From an uncultured Actinomycetes bacterium (GTDB lineage: Bacteria > Actinomycetota > Acidimicrobiia > Spongiisociales > DATADW01): DNA of 20,000 bases. Location of the stretch: the NCBI GenBank assembly GCA_963824995.1, contig CAWGRK010000006.1, positions 498,860-518,859 on the forward strand, written 5' to 3'. A program made the translations under genes and the position numbers. Numbering within the stretch: position 1 is the stretch's first letter; each line of letters opens with the position of its first letter. Below, one piece after another: positions 1 through 8,110 of the stretch. The notes under the pieces are model-generated. The model did no database searches and was not told the origin of the DNA. It saw nothing but the letters and a program-made list of their open reading frames with translations.

Positions 1-35
1 GAGTAGTTGAACACCGTCGCTATCAGCTTCCGCAT
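1..35 (-). CDS. 5' end of a probable dihydrofolate reductase/RibD C-terminal family protein (runs off the window)
   Basis: Reverse strand reads ATG CGG AAG CTG ATA GCG ACG GTG TTC AAC TAC TC = MRKLIATVFNYS, resembling the MRKL...SLDG start of the family. GGAG RBS about 9 nt upstream. Only 12 codons are visible. Confidence 0.6.
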   Translation of the reverse strand, partial: MRKLIATVFNY

Positions 36-125
36 GATCAGAGCTCCAACGTCTCGGGTCGGGGCCACCGTGTTGCTGGGACCTTTGCCTCTCCCAGGTC
101 CGGTGGTGTGCCTCTCGGTGAACGC

Positions 126-156
126 TTTAGACGTCATTGCCACCCGAAAGTCATCG
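126..156 (-). promoter_or_regulatory. Putative ECF (SigG/ECF56-like) promoter CGATGA-N18-GTCTAAA
   Basis: Reverse strand CGATGA ctttcgggtggcaatgac GTCTAAA. The same motif and spacing occur at 2203-2233. Confidence 0.55.
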
Positions 157-350
157 GTGCACGGTCAACAGGCCGGTTGCGCGGTCAGGGACCGCGCCCC
201 TGCATTGACGCCTGACAGCACGCCCCGAGCGCAAACCCCGGGACGGCGGGATTCCGGTCGAAGCCAATCGGCAGGTTTGTGAAACAGGTCAGACGGACCG
301 GGAATCAGAACGTACCCGCGCTTGAATCCCACGGCCGACAGGGAAACCAA

Positions 351-814
351 CTAGTCGTCGCCTACGGGGACCTCTTGTCTATCGCCACGGGAACCGAAGC
401 CCTCATCGCCCTCGACGTCGTGGGTCTCGTCCAGAGTGGCGGTCACATCACCGTATGTCGCCTGTCTCCCACGGCCAAGGTGTCGCCAGCGGTAGCAGCC
501 GTGGTTGACACCACGGTGGTTGCTGGCGGCACGGTGGATTCCGGAGTGGTTTCTGCTGCAGTGGTCGTCTCAGACACGTCTTCGGGTGCCGTCGTGCCTG
601 TTGGACCGACCGTGGTGGCCGATTCAGGTGACGTCGTTTCGGAACCCTGTCCCACTGTGGTTCCGGTACCCGTATCGGGCTCTCCGCCGTCCCTCATCAC
701 CAGCCACACCACCAATAGCACAAGGGCAATCACCGCCAGAACGATGAACCAGGGGCGGTTCCAGATCCGTGGCTCCGGCGGGGGTGTCGTAGGTTCCATT
801 CCGGACTCAGTCAT
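351..814 (-). pseudogene. Membrane-anchored Thr/Pro/Glu-rich protein with an apparent 1-nt deletion near 462 (uncorrected ORF 443-814)
   Basis: One TM helix (WFIVLAVIALVLLVVWLVM), then a T-rich linker. After TLAVGD another frame continues ATYGDVTATLDETHDVEG... to TAG at 351-353; adding one base joins the frames. GGAGG RBS upstream of ATG 814. Confidence 0.55.
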
Positions 815-932
815 AGGACCCTCCTTAGATGCCTGACCAATCCCTCGTCGAGACTACGCAATCGAACGGCGCCAACCCAGCCAGTAGCAAATCCGCCGGC
901 CCGCGGCCGCGGTCCGCGTCACACTGACCGCG

Positions 933-1649
933 ATGGGTTCGCTCATGTGGGGAAAGGACATCGCCGAGATCTACGACGAGACCTCGGCTGCGGAGTTCTC
1001 GCCGTCGGTCCTCGAACCGATCGTTGACTTCCTCGCCGATCTGGCCGGAGTGGGTCCTGCTCTGGAGTTCGCCGTTGGGACCGGACGCGTGGCATTGCCG
1101 CTGAGTAAACGAGGAATCGCGGTACACGGCATTGAGCTATCCCCGCACATGGCGGCGCAGCTACTCACCAAGGAAGGCGCTGAGGCGGTGCCGGTGACCA
1201 TTGGTGACATGACGACCACCCATGTACCCGGCACGTTCAGGCTCGTCTACTTGGTGTGGAACACGATCATGAACGTGACCACGCAGGAAGAGCAGATCGC
1301 CGTCTTTACCAATGCAGCCGCCCACCTAGGGACGGGCGGGTGCTTCGTGGTCGAAGTGGGCGTCCCTCAGCCCAGCAAGGTCCCGAGCGTCTTCGCCCTC
1401 GAGCCCGGCCATGTCGGGGTCGACACGTATGACGACCTGGTCGGGCAGATCATGTCGTCGCACCACTGGGTCGAGGAGGGAGGTCACCTGGTGCGCCACT
1501 CCGCCCCGTACCGCTACGTATGGCCATCCGAGCTCGACCTGATGGCGAAGCTGGCCGGCCTCCGGCTGCGGGAGCGTTGGGCGGGATGGGACCGCGCACC
1601 GTTCACCTCGGAGAGCACGACCCAGGTCGTCGTATACGAGAAGGCTTGA
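933..1649 (+). CDS. Class I SAM-dependent methyltransferase
   Basis: Motif I ALEFAVGTGRVA, then GIELS, IGDM, YLVWNT. Probably leaderless (CACACT at 920-925, 7 nt before ATG). Confidence 0.9.
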   Translation: MGSLMWGKDIAEIYDETSAAEFSPSVLEPIVDFLADLAGVGPALEFAVGTGRVALPLSKRGIAVHGIELSPHMAAQLLTKEGAEAVPVTIGDMTTTHVPGTFRLVYLVWNTIMNVTTQEEQIAVFTNAAAHLGTGGCFVVEVGVPQPSKVPSVFALEPGHVGVDTYDDLVGQIMSSHHWVEEGGHLVRHSAPYRYVWPSELDLMAKLAGLRLRERWAGWDRAPFTSESTTQVVVYEKA

Positions 1650-1652
1650 TAA

Positions 1653-2189
1653 TCAACCTGCAGCCATCTCCGCCAGCTTGAGGACGGTCCGCCAGTTGCG
1701 GGCGGTCCCCGTCACCCCGGCAGGGTCCTTGGCCATGGCGGCAGCCAGCGGGCTCCTCCCGAAGCCGTCGGGAGTGTTGAGGTAGAGCTCCTTCCCCACG
1801 GCCTTCACCTCGTCGGAGCCGATAGCTGACGCGGCCAACTTCTTCACCGCGGCAGCGCTCGCTGCCTTCTCGAGGAAGACGACGTGGAGAAGGCGCGGGT
1901 CGGAAGGTTCGGGGAACGGGTTGGCGGAGATCGCCGCGTCCAGCTGCTTGCGAGTCCGCACGATCACCGGGACCGCGAACCCGAAGCGGTCCTCGATCAG
2001 CTTCTCCAGTTCGGTGCGCAGAGCCGCGGCCGACTTCCCGCTGTCGAGGACGAGGTTGCCGCTCTGGATGTAGGTGGCCACATCCTCGAACCCGGCCTCG
2101 GACAGCGTTTCGCGCAGTGCGGGCATCGCCACCTTGCGGCGTCCCGCCAGGTTGATGCCACGCAGCAGAGCGATGTAGGTGGTCGCCAT
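1653..2189 (-). CDS. DUF1697 family protein
   Basis: N-terminal YIALLRGINLAG, then TYIQSGNLV and C-terminal TARNWRTVLKL. Start reassigned to ATG 2189. Confidence 0.9.
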   Translation of the reverse strand: MATTYIALLRGINLAGRRKVAMPALRETLSEAGFEDVATYIQSGNLVLDSGKSAAALRTELEKLIEDRFGFAVPVIVRTRKQLDAAISANPFPEPSDPRLLHVVFLEKAASAAAVKKLAASAIGSDEVKAVGKELYLNTPDGFGRSPLAAAMAKDPAGVTGTARNWRTVLKLAEMAAG

Positions 2190-2202
2190 CACCAACCCTG
2201 TC

Positions 2203-2233
2203 CGATGATTCGCCTCCTCGGGCACAGTCTTAG
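2203..2233 (+). promoter_or_regulatory. Putative ECF (SigG/ECF56-like) promoter CGATGA-N18-GTCTTAG
   Basis: CGATGA ttcgcctcctcgggcaca GTCTTAG, about 30 nt upstream of the DHFR-family ATG at 2265. Confidence 0.55.
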
Positions 2234-2264
2234 GCTCTCAACGTAGACGGAAGGGAGACTCGAA

Positions 2265-2822
2265 ATGGCGAATCTGATGTACACGACGAACACAACGCTG
2301 GATGGCTACATCGAGGACGAGTCCGGCGGGTTCGACTGGTCTGAGCCCGACGAAGAGGTCCACCGCTTCATCAACGAACTAATGAGCAGCACGGGAACCC
2401 ATCTGTACGGCCGCCGTCTCTACGAAGTCATGTCGGTGTGGGAGACCATGGACACGGTTCCGGGGCAGCAGCCCTACGAGGCTGAATTTGCCCGCATCTG
2501 GCAGGCCGCGGAGAAGGTCGTCTACTCGCGCACGCTCGAAACGGCCTCAACCGCCAACACCAGGATCGAGCGGGAGTTCGACCCCGAGGCTGTGCGCCAG
2601 ATCAAACAAGAAGCGTCCTCGGACCTCTTCATCGGTGGCGCTGCGCTGGCCGGCGACGCGCTCAGAGGCGGGCTTGTCGACGAGATCCACCTTTTCGTGG
2701 GACCCATTCTGGTGGGAGGGGGCAAGAAGGCCCTCCCGGACCGGTTCCGACAGAGACTCGAACTGGCAGACGAGCGTCGCTTCAGTTCCGGGACGGTCTA
2801 CCTCCGCTACCGCACGGTCTAG
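2265..2822 (+). CDS. Dihydrofolate reductase family / RibD C-terminal domain protein
   Basis: TLDGYIED, LYGRRLYEVM, KVVYSRTL, IGGAALA, GLVDEIHLFVGPILVGGG, GTVYLRY. GGGAG RBS. Confidence 0.9.
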   Translation: MANLMYTTNTTLDGYIEDESGGFDWSEPDEEVHRFINELMSSTGTHLYGRRLYEVMSVWETMDTVPGQQPYEAEFARIWQAAEKVVYSRTLETASTANTRIEREFDPEAVRQIKQEASSDLFIGGAALAGDALRGGLVDEIHLFVGPILVGGGKKALPDRFRQRLELADERRFSSGTVYLRYRTV

Positions 2823-3091
2823 CCACGGATCTCGAACGACGAGAGCGCGGGGTCGGTGGCCGTCGGTTCCACCGCCACCGATCGCACCAGCGCCCCCGGC
2901 GGGCCTGACGCCAGCCACTCTGCAAGCTCGTCGACGGCCGCGGGTTCACCCTGTGCCACCACGTCCACCGCCCCGTCCCATCGGTTGCACACCCATCCGG
3001 TGACCCCGAGCCGGCGGGCGGCCCGACAGGTGGCCACGCGGAAACCGACCCCCTGCACGTGACCGGTGACAATCGCTCTTATCGCCTTCAC
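2819..3091 (-). CDS. acyP: Acylphosphatase
   Basis: VTGHVQGVGFR and GWVCNRWDGAV signatures. GTG start overlaps the mutM stop (GTGA). Confidence 0.92.
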   Translation of the reverse strand: MKAIRAIVTGHVQGVGFRVATCRAARRLGVTGWVCNRWDGAVDVVAQGEPAAVDELAEWLASGPPGALVRSVAVEPTATDPALSSFEIRG

Positions 3092-3915
3092 CGCTGACAG
3101 ACCGGGCACCAATGGGTGGACCGGTCGCGCAGCACCGCCCTCTCGATCGGGGTGCCGCAGCGCCGGCACGGTTCACCGGCCCGTCCGTACACGGCGAGCC
3201 GGTCGAGGTGCTCGCCCGCCCGGCCGTCGGGGAGCAGGTAGGCAAGGTCCCCCAAGCTGGTCCCTCCGTCGGCCAGCGCAGCCGCCACCACCGGGGGAAT
3301 CGCCTCGACCAGGCGGGCGATGTCCTCCTCGTCGAGCGAGCCACCGGGGCGGTGGGGTTTGATCCCGGCGCGGAACAGCGCCTCGTCGGCATAGATGTTG
3401 CCCAGGCCGGCGACGATCCGCTGGTCGAGCAGCAGGGGTTTGATCGGGGCGGTGCGGCCCTTCAGGCGTGCACCCAACTCGGCGGCGGTGAGCGGTTGCT
3501 CCCAGACGTCGGCCCCGAGGAGCCGCAACGGTGAGTCGGCAATCTCCTCGTCGGTGTAGACCGCGGTGAAACCGAAGGTCCGGGGATCGATCAACCGCAG
3601 CTCGACCCCGGTATCGAAACCCACCACCAAATGGGTGTGCGGGGTGCGCTCGGAGTCAGGCGGATCGAGCGAGACCCGGCCCGACATCCCGAGGTGGATG
3701 ACCCAGGTGAAGTCGCCGACGTCGATCATGAGGAACTTGCCCCGCCGTCCCACCTTCTCGACCCTCCGCCCCACCAGTCGATCGACCAGGTCGGCCGGGT
3801 TCGGTTGGCGTCTTGCGGTGCGGGGATGCCCGACCTCGACCGAGATGACGGTTGCCCCCTCGATGCCCTCGGTGAGGTGACGGCGCACCGTCTCCACTTC
3901 GGGAAGCTCAGGCAC
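3088..3915 (-). CDS. mutM: Formamidopyrimidine-DNA glycosylase/AP lyase (Fpg)
   Basis: MPELPEVE, RRGKFL, HLGMSG, LLDQ..VAGLGNIYADEAL and C-terminal zinc finger CRRC...CPVCQ. Confidence 0.97.
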   Translation of the reverse strand: MPELPEVETVRRHLTEGIEGATVISVEVGHPRTARRQPNPADLVDRLVGRRVEKVGRRGKFLMIDVGDFTWVIHLGMSGRVSLDPPDSERTPHTHLVVGFDTGVELRLIDPRTFGFTAVYTDEEIADSPLRLLGADVWEQPLTAAELGARLKGRTAPIKPLLLDQRIVAGLGNIYADEALFRAGIKPHRPGGSLDEEDIARLVEAIPPVVAAALADGGTSLGDLAYLLPDGRAGEHLDRLAVYGRAGEPCRRCGTPIERAVLRDRSTHWCPVCQR

Positions 3916-3924
3916 GTCCCGTGG

Positions 3925-4623
3925 TCACCCCTCCGCCTGGAGTGACTCCAGGGCGCGGCGGGCGGCCTCCTGCTCGGCCTCTTTCTTGGAATGGCCTTCG
4001 CCCACCCCCATCACTCGGCCCTCCGCCCGGAGCCGGGCGCGGAAGCTGCGCCGGTGATCGGGTCCTTCCCCCTCCACCAGGTAGACCGGACGAGACCCGC
4101 GGCCCGCCAGCACCTCCTGCACCCGGGTCTTGTAGTCGCGCCTCCCGGGTTCTGAAGCCCTCTCGGCCACGCGATCCGCCCATTGGCCCACGATGAAGCG
4201 GCGCGCCGCTTCGATGCCCCCATCGAGGTAGAGGGCGGCGAGCAGCGCCTCCATCGTGTCGGCCAGGATCGACCCCTTCTTGCGCCCGCCGGAGGCGTCC
4301 TCGCCCCGCCCCAGAAGCAGGTGGTCACCCAGGCCGATCCCCATCGCCACCTCGGCGAGTTCATCGCGGTTGACGGTGGCGGCGCGCACCTTGGCCATCT
4401 CACCCTCCACCAGGTGCCGGTAGCGGGAAAGGAGCAGATCGCTGACCACTAGCGATAGAACGGCGTCGCCGAGGAACTCGAGCCTCTCATTGGACGCCTC
4501 TTCGGGATGCTCGGCGGTGTAGGAGCGGTGGACGAGGGCGCGGTGCAGCAGTTCAGCGTCGGCGAACCGGTGACCGAGGAGCGACTCGAGTGGGTGTCCT
4601 CCGGCCGGAGAAGGACTGCTCAC
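3925..4623 (-). CDS. rnc: Ribonuclease III
   Basis: NERLEFLGDAVL signature, LADTMEALLAALYLDGG, dsRBD DYKTRVQE...GEGHSKKEAEQEAA. Confidence 0.97.
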   Translation of the reverse strand: MSSPSPAGGHPLESLLGHRFADAELLHRALVHRSYTAEHPEEASNERLEFLGDAVLSLVVSDLLLSRYRHLVEGEMAKVRAATVNRDELAEVAMGIGLGDHLLLGRGEDASGGRKKGSILADTMEALLAALYLDGGIEAARRFIVGQWADRVAERASEPGRRDYKTRVQEVLAGRGSRPVYLVEGEGPDHRRSFRARLRAEGRVMGVGEGHSKKEAEQEAARRALESLQAEG

Positions 4624-5594
4624 CGGGCGGCGAGCCGGGCCGCCACCCGCCCCACGAGATCCTGGTCGATGCCGTTGCGCGCCAGAGCAAGGGCGTTGAC
4701 GATGGCGGTGCTGGAGGAAGAGCCGTGGGCAATCACCGCGACCCCTTTCAGCCCGACCAGATGGGCGCCGCCGGTCGACTCGGAGTCCGTCAGATGGCGC
4801 ACGCGACGAAGTGCGGGGAGCACCGCTTGCAGGTGGGTCTGCTCCAAAGTCCCCAGTGCTTCCATCGCCAGACCAATCACCCAGAGAGCGGCCCCCTCGG
4901 CGGTCTTGAGCAAGACGTTCCCGGTGAACCCGTCGGTGACGATCACATCTGCCTTGCCGGACGCCAGGTCGCGGCCCTCGATGTTGCCCACGAAGTTGAT
5001 GGGAGCGGCTTTCAACATGTTGAACGCCGTCTTCTCCAGGTCCCGCCCTTTTGCCTCCTCCTCGCCGATGTTGAGCAGCCCGACCCGGGGCGTGTCCAGG
5101 CCCACGTAGATCTCGGCCACTACCGAGCCCATCACCCCGAACTGGGCGAGATGGTCGGGCTTGACCTCGGTGTTGGCGCCCGTGTCGAGGACAACCGTGG
5201 CGTTCCCAGGCGTGGGGAAGATCGTGGCGAGGGCGGCCCTTTGCACACCCTTGGCCCGACCGATCACAACCGATGCCGCCGCCATGGCTGCGCCGGTGGA
5301 GCCAGCCGAGACAAAGCCGGCCGCCTCACCTTGACGAACGAGGCGGGCACACCGCACCACGGATGCGTCGGGCTTCTCTCGAACTCCCTTGCCAGCGTCC
5401 TCCCCCATGCCGATCACCTCGGAGGCATGGACCACAGGGATGGTGGCACCGTGCTCGCCGAGAAGGTCCTTGCAGATGACCTCGTCGCCCACGAGGACGA
5501 CGTCGATTCCGTCATTGGCTGCCATGACGGCACCGGCGACGATCTCCTCAGGGGCGTTGTCGCCACCCATGGCGTCGAGAGCGATCCGCGCCAT
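4620..5594 (-). CDS. plsX: Phosphate acyltransferase PlsX
   Basis: IALDAMGGDNAP, SAGSTGA, LDTGAN, VGLLNIGEEEAKG, VTDGFTGNVLLKTAEG, AHGSS. Confidence 0.97.
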   Translation of the reverse strand: MARIALDAMGGDNAPEEIVAGAVMAANDGIDVVLVGDEVICKDLLGEHGATIPVVHASEVIGMGEDAGKGVREKPDASVVRCARLVRQGEAAGFVSAGSTGAAMAAASVVIGRAKGVQRAALATIFPTPGNATVVLDTGANTEVKPDHLAQFGVMGSVVAEIYVGLDTPRVGLLNIGEEEAKGRDLEKTAFNMLKAAPINFVGNIEGRDLASGKADVIVTDGFTGNVLLKTAEGAALWVIGLAMEALGTLEQTHLQAVLPALRRVRHLTDSESTGGAHLVGLKGVAVIAHGSSSSTAIVNALALARNGIDQDLVGRVAARLAAR

Positions 5595-5612
5595 CAGCCT
5601 GCCGTCACCGGA

Positions 5613-5792
5613 TCAGGCTCCGGTGTTGACGACCTCACGGCCGCGGTAAATGCCGCAGTTCCGGCAAGCGCGGTGGGGCTGCTTGGGTGCATGGCACTGG
5701 GGGCAGGTCGAGAGGCGGGGCTTGTGCAGCTTCCACTCGGCCTTCCGTCGCCGGGTGCGCATTCGCGACATCTTCTTCTTGGGCACCGCCAT
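5613..5792 (-). CDS. rpmF: 50S ribosomal protein L32 (Zn-ribbon form); not in the ORF track
   Basis: Hand translation: MAVPKKKMSRMRTRRRKAEWKLHKPRLSTCPQCHAPKQPHRACRNCGIYRGREVVNTGA*. GAGGGAG RBS. Lies between yceD and plsX. Confidence 0.96.
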   Translation of the reverse strand: MAVPKKKMSRMRTRRRKAEWKLHKPRLSTCPQCHAPKQPHRACRNCGIYRGREVVNTGA

Positions 5793-5833
5793 TGGTGCGT
5801 GCTCCCTCGACTAGTCGGTCGGTGAACCAGGAC

Positions 5834-6352
5834 TCATCGGTCCAGTAGCTGCCCGAGTGCTGAAAACGGCGACGTCGGATCGGGAGGCGATTCGTCGTCA
5901 TGGCCCGAGCAGGGCTCCACATTCAAGTCGGTTCCGCACACAGGACAAAGTCCCGCGCAATCGGGCCGGCAAAGCGGCGTCATGGGCAGCGCCAGCACGG
6001 CCTCGTCGTGAACCACTTCGGAGAGATCGATCGATCCGTCCGGTTGGATCGGGTCGGCCTCCTCATCGAGCCGATCGGCGAAGACATGGACGAACCGAGC
6101 CGGCAGCCGCGCCTCCCACTCGACGAGGCAACGGTTGCAGGTCAGGTGGACGGGGACATCCAGGTCGACCGTCGCAACGATCCCGTCGACCATCGCCTCG
6201 AGGACGCCGGTCACGGTGACGGCACTGCTCACCCGGGCCGATTCCAGGGAGCCCTCGACCTCCGCTTCTGTCGAGATGTCGCGCCGGGCGCCGACGCGGT
6301 GGAGCAGGTCGCCCACGGAAAAGCGGAGTGGGGATATCGTCTCCACGGTCAC
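5834..6352 (-). CDS. yceD: YceD/DUF177 family protein
   Basis: CNRCL, IDLSEVVHDEAVLALPMTPLCRPDCAGLCPVCG, SPFSAL. GTG start overlaps the upstream stop. Directly upstream of rpmF. Confidence 0.9.
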   Translation of the reverse strand: MTVETISPLRFSVGDLLHRVGARRDISTEAEVEGSLESARVSSAVTVTGVLEAMVDGIVATVDLDVPVHLTCNRCLVEWEARLPARFVHVFADRLDEEADPIQPDGSIDLSEVVHDEAVLALPMTPLCRPDCAGLCPVCGTDLNVEPCSGHDDESPPDPTSPFSALGQLLDR

Positions 6353-6879
6353 TCCGGTACCTCGTCGACTTGCCGCGCCTCGTAAAGCTCGGCGCGGGCA
6401 TCGCGCAACTGGTTGACGACACCGGTGAACACCGCATCGAGGCGGACGAACCAGCGGTCGATCTCGTCCTCGGCCTCGAGCCTGATCCGGCTCCCCTCGG
6501 CTTCCGCCTGACGGATCAGTGCGTTGGCCTCCTCCACCGCTTCGGCCATGATGCGCGACTGAGAGACCAACTCGTTGGCCCGAGCACGGGCCTTGTCCAT
6601 GACGTCGCGGGCCTTCTCGTTGGTGCGGCCGATGAAGGCCTCGCGTTCCCGCACCATCCACCTGGCGGCCCTCATCTCGTCGGGGAGGTCCTGGCGGAGG
6701 CGCTCGAGGTGGGCGAGGAACTGCTCGCGGTCCACCAGGACGTTGCTCGACAGCGGGACCGTCCGGGCCTCCTGCAACGCCACGACCATCTCGTCGACGA
6801 GCTCCTGCAACTCCCCGACCGAGGCGATCGGCACCCGCTCCTCCTCTACTCCTTCCTCGATGAGTTCGTCGTCAACCAT
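6349..6879 (-). CDS. Coiled-coil protein, SepIVA (Rv2927c)-like
   Basis: EARTVPLSSNVLVDRE...LPDEMRAARWMVREREA followed by an Ala/Glu/Arg coiled coil. Conserved position between coaD and yceD. Confidence 0.8.
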   Translation of the reverse strand: MVDDELIEEGVEEERVPIASVGELQELVDEMVVALQEARTVPLSSNVLVDREQFLAHLERLRQDLPDEMRAARWMVREREAFIGRTNEKARDVMDKARARANELVSQSRIMAEAVEEANALIRQAEAEGSRIRLEAEDEIDRWFVRLDAVFTGVVNQLRDARAELYEARQVDEVPE

Positions 6880-7351
6880 CGGCGAGCTTCTCCGCTAGAG
6901 CCTTGGCCACCACGCCGGGAACCAGGTCCTCGATCGAACCGCCGAGGCGGGCGATCTCGCGTACCAGCGATGACGAGAGATATCCGTACTCGGGATTGGT
7001 GGCGATGAACACGGTGTCGAACCCCTCGAGGCGGAAGTTCATCTGAGCCATCTGCAGCTCATAGTCGAAATCGCTCATGGCTCGCAGTCCCTTGACGATC
7101 ACGTCCGCGCCCCGATCCCGGGCGAACTGCACCAGGAGCCCTTCGAACGAGGCTACCTCCACGTTGGGGGTATCGGCGAGCACTTCCTCGAGGAGCAGCA
7201 CCCTCTCCTCGGTGGTGAACAGGGCCGACTTCGACGGGTTGCGGACCACGGCGACGACCACCTGGTCGAAGATGCTGGCGGCGCGCTCGATCACGTCAGC
7301 GTGCCCATGGGTGGGCGGGTCGAAGCTCCCCGGGCAGAGGGCACGGGTCAA
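6872..7351 (-). CDS. coaD: Phosphopantetheine adenylyltransferase
   Basis: PGSFDPPTHGH, KGLRAMSDFDYELQMA, LSSSLVREIA. TTG start. Confidence 0.97.
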   Translation of the reverse strand: MTRALCPGSFDPPTHGHADVIERAASIFDQVVVAVVRNPSKSALFTTEERVLLLEEVLADTPNVEVASFEGLLVQFARDRGADVIVKGLRAMSDFDYELQMAQMNFRLEGFDTVFIATNPEYGYLSSSLVREIARLGGSIEDLVPGVVAKALAEKLADG

Positions 7352-7397
7352 GGGCAGGTCTCCCGGCTACCCGACCGGGTGGCCACATTTGAGATCC

Positions 7398-7940
7398 TCA
7401 CGTCGTCTCCTTCAGATATCGGAGGATCCGGCTGTCACCTATGCGCCGATCATCGTCCAGTTCCAAGGATTGGGGGACGACCGGGAGATCCTCTCCCGCC
7501 CGGCGGTGGAGGATCACCACACTGTCTCGGCCCACCGTGCGGTCCACCAGACCGATGATCTGCTCTACCGAAGCTAGCGACAGGGCATAAGGCGGGTCAA
7601 CGAAGACCAGGTCGTAGCCCTTGGTGTTTCGTTCGAGGAATCGAACCACATCATCGACGGCGACCTCGCCACCGAGTTTGATCGCCGCAATATTCCGTCG
7701 AAGCACGCCGACAGCTTCACGGCCCCGCTCGACGAACGTGGCTGAGTCCGCTCCCCTGCTGAGCGCTTCCAATCCGAAGGCACCGGAGCCGGCATACAGA
7801 TCGAGGACACGGGCGCCCACCACCCGATCACCCAGCGAGGAGAAGATCGACTCCTTGGCCCGGTCGGTGATCGGCCTGGTGTCAGAGGTACGCGGCGCCT
7901 CGAGCCGCCTTCCCTTGGCGGACCCAGCGATGATCCTCAT
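7398..7940 (-). CDS. rsmD: 16S rRNA m2G966 methyltransferase
   Basis: MRIIAGSAKGRRL, TRPITDRAKESIF, LDLYAGSGAFGLEALSRGA, VFVDPPY. Start reassigned to 7940. Confidence 0.96.
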   Translation of the reverse strand: MRIIAGSAKGRRLEAPRTSDTRPITDRAKESIFSSLGDRVVGARVLDLYAGSGAFGLEALSRGADSATFVERGREAVGVLRRNIAAIKLGGEVAVDDVVRFLERNTKGYDLVFVDPPYALSLASVEQIIGLVDRTVGRDSVVILHRRAGEDLPVVPQSLELDDDRRIGDSRILRYLKETT

Positions 7941-7943
7941 GGG

Positions 7944-7978
7944 TAAGACGGAAGACGGAAGACGGAAGACGGAAGACG
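7944..7978 (+). repeat. Heptamer tandem array TAAGACG + (GAAGACG)x4
   Basis: Read directly; lies immediately upstream of the rsmD start. Confidence 0.95.
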
Positions 7979-7992
7979 GAAGTCTCCGCTCC

Positions 7993-8041
7993 GTCCCCGG
8001 AGGGGGGAAGGGCCCCGCTGCGCCAGCAGCGGGTAGGGGGG
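7993..8041. repeat. REP-like GC palindromic element
   Basis: CCCC-gga-GGGG mini-hairpin, perfect 8-bp stem CCCGCTGC-gcca-GCAGCGGG (8014-8033), then a G-run. Confidence 0.5.
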
Positions 8042-8060
8042 CTACCGGACCTTCCGCCGG

Positions 8061-8109
8061 GCGGACGGCGGACGGCAGACGGCGGACGGCGGACGGCAGA
8101 CGGCAGACG
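8061..8109 (+). repeat. Heptamer tandem array (GCRGACG)x7
   Basis: Four GCGGACG and three GCAGACG units abutting the recG stop. Confidence 0.95.
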
Positions 8110-8110
8110 C

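Noticed and set aside
60..160. c-di-GMP-I (GEMM) riboswitch suggested by GGCAAA and GAAA
   Set aside because: The motifs are on opposite strands and the P2 GCAAAG/receptor architecture is absent.
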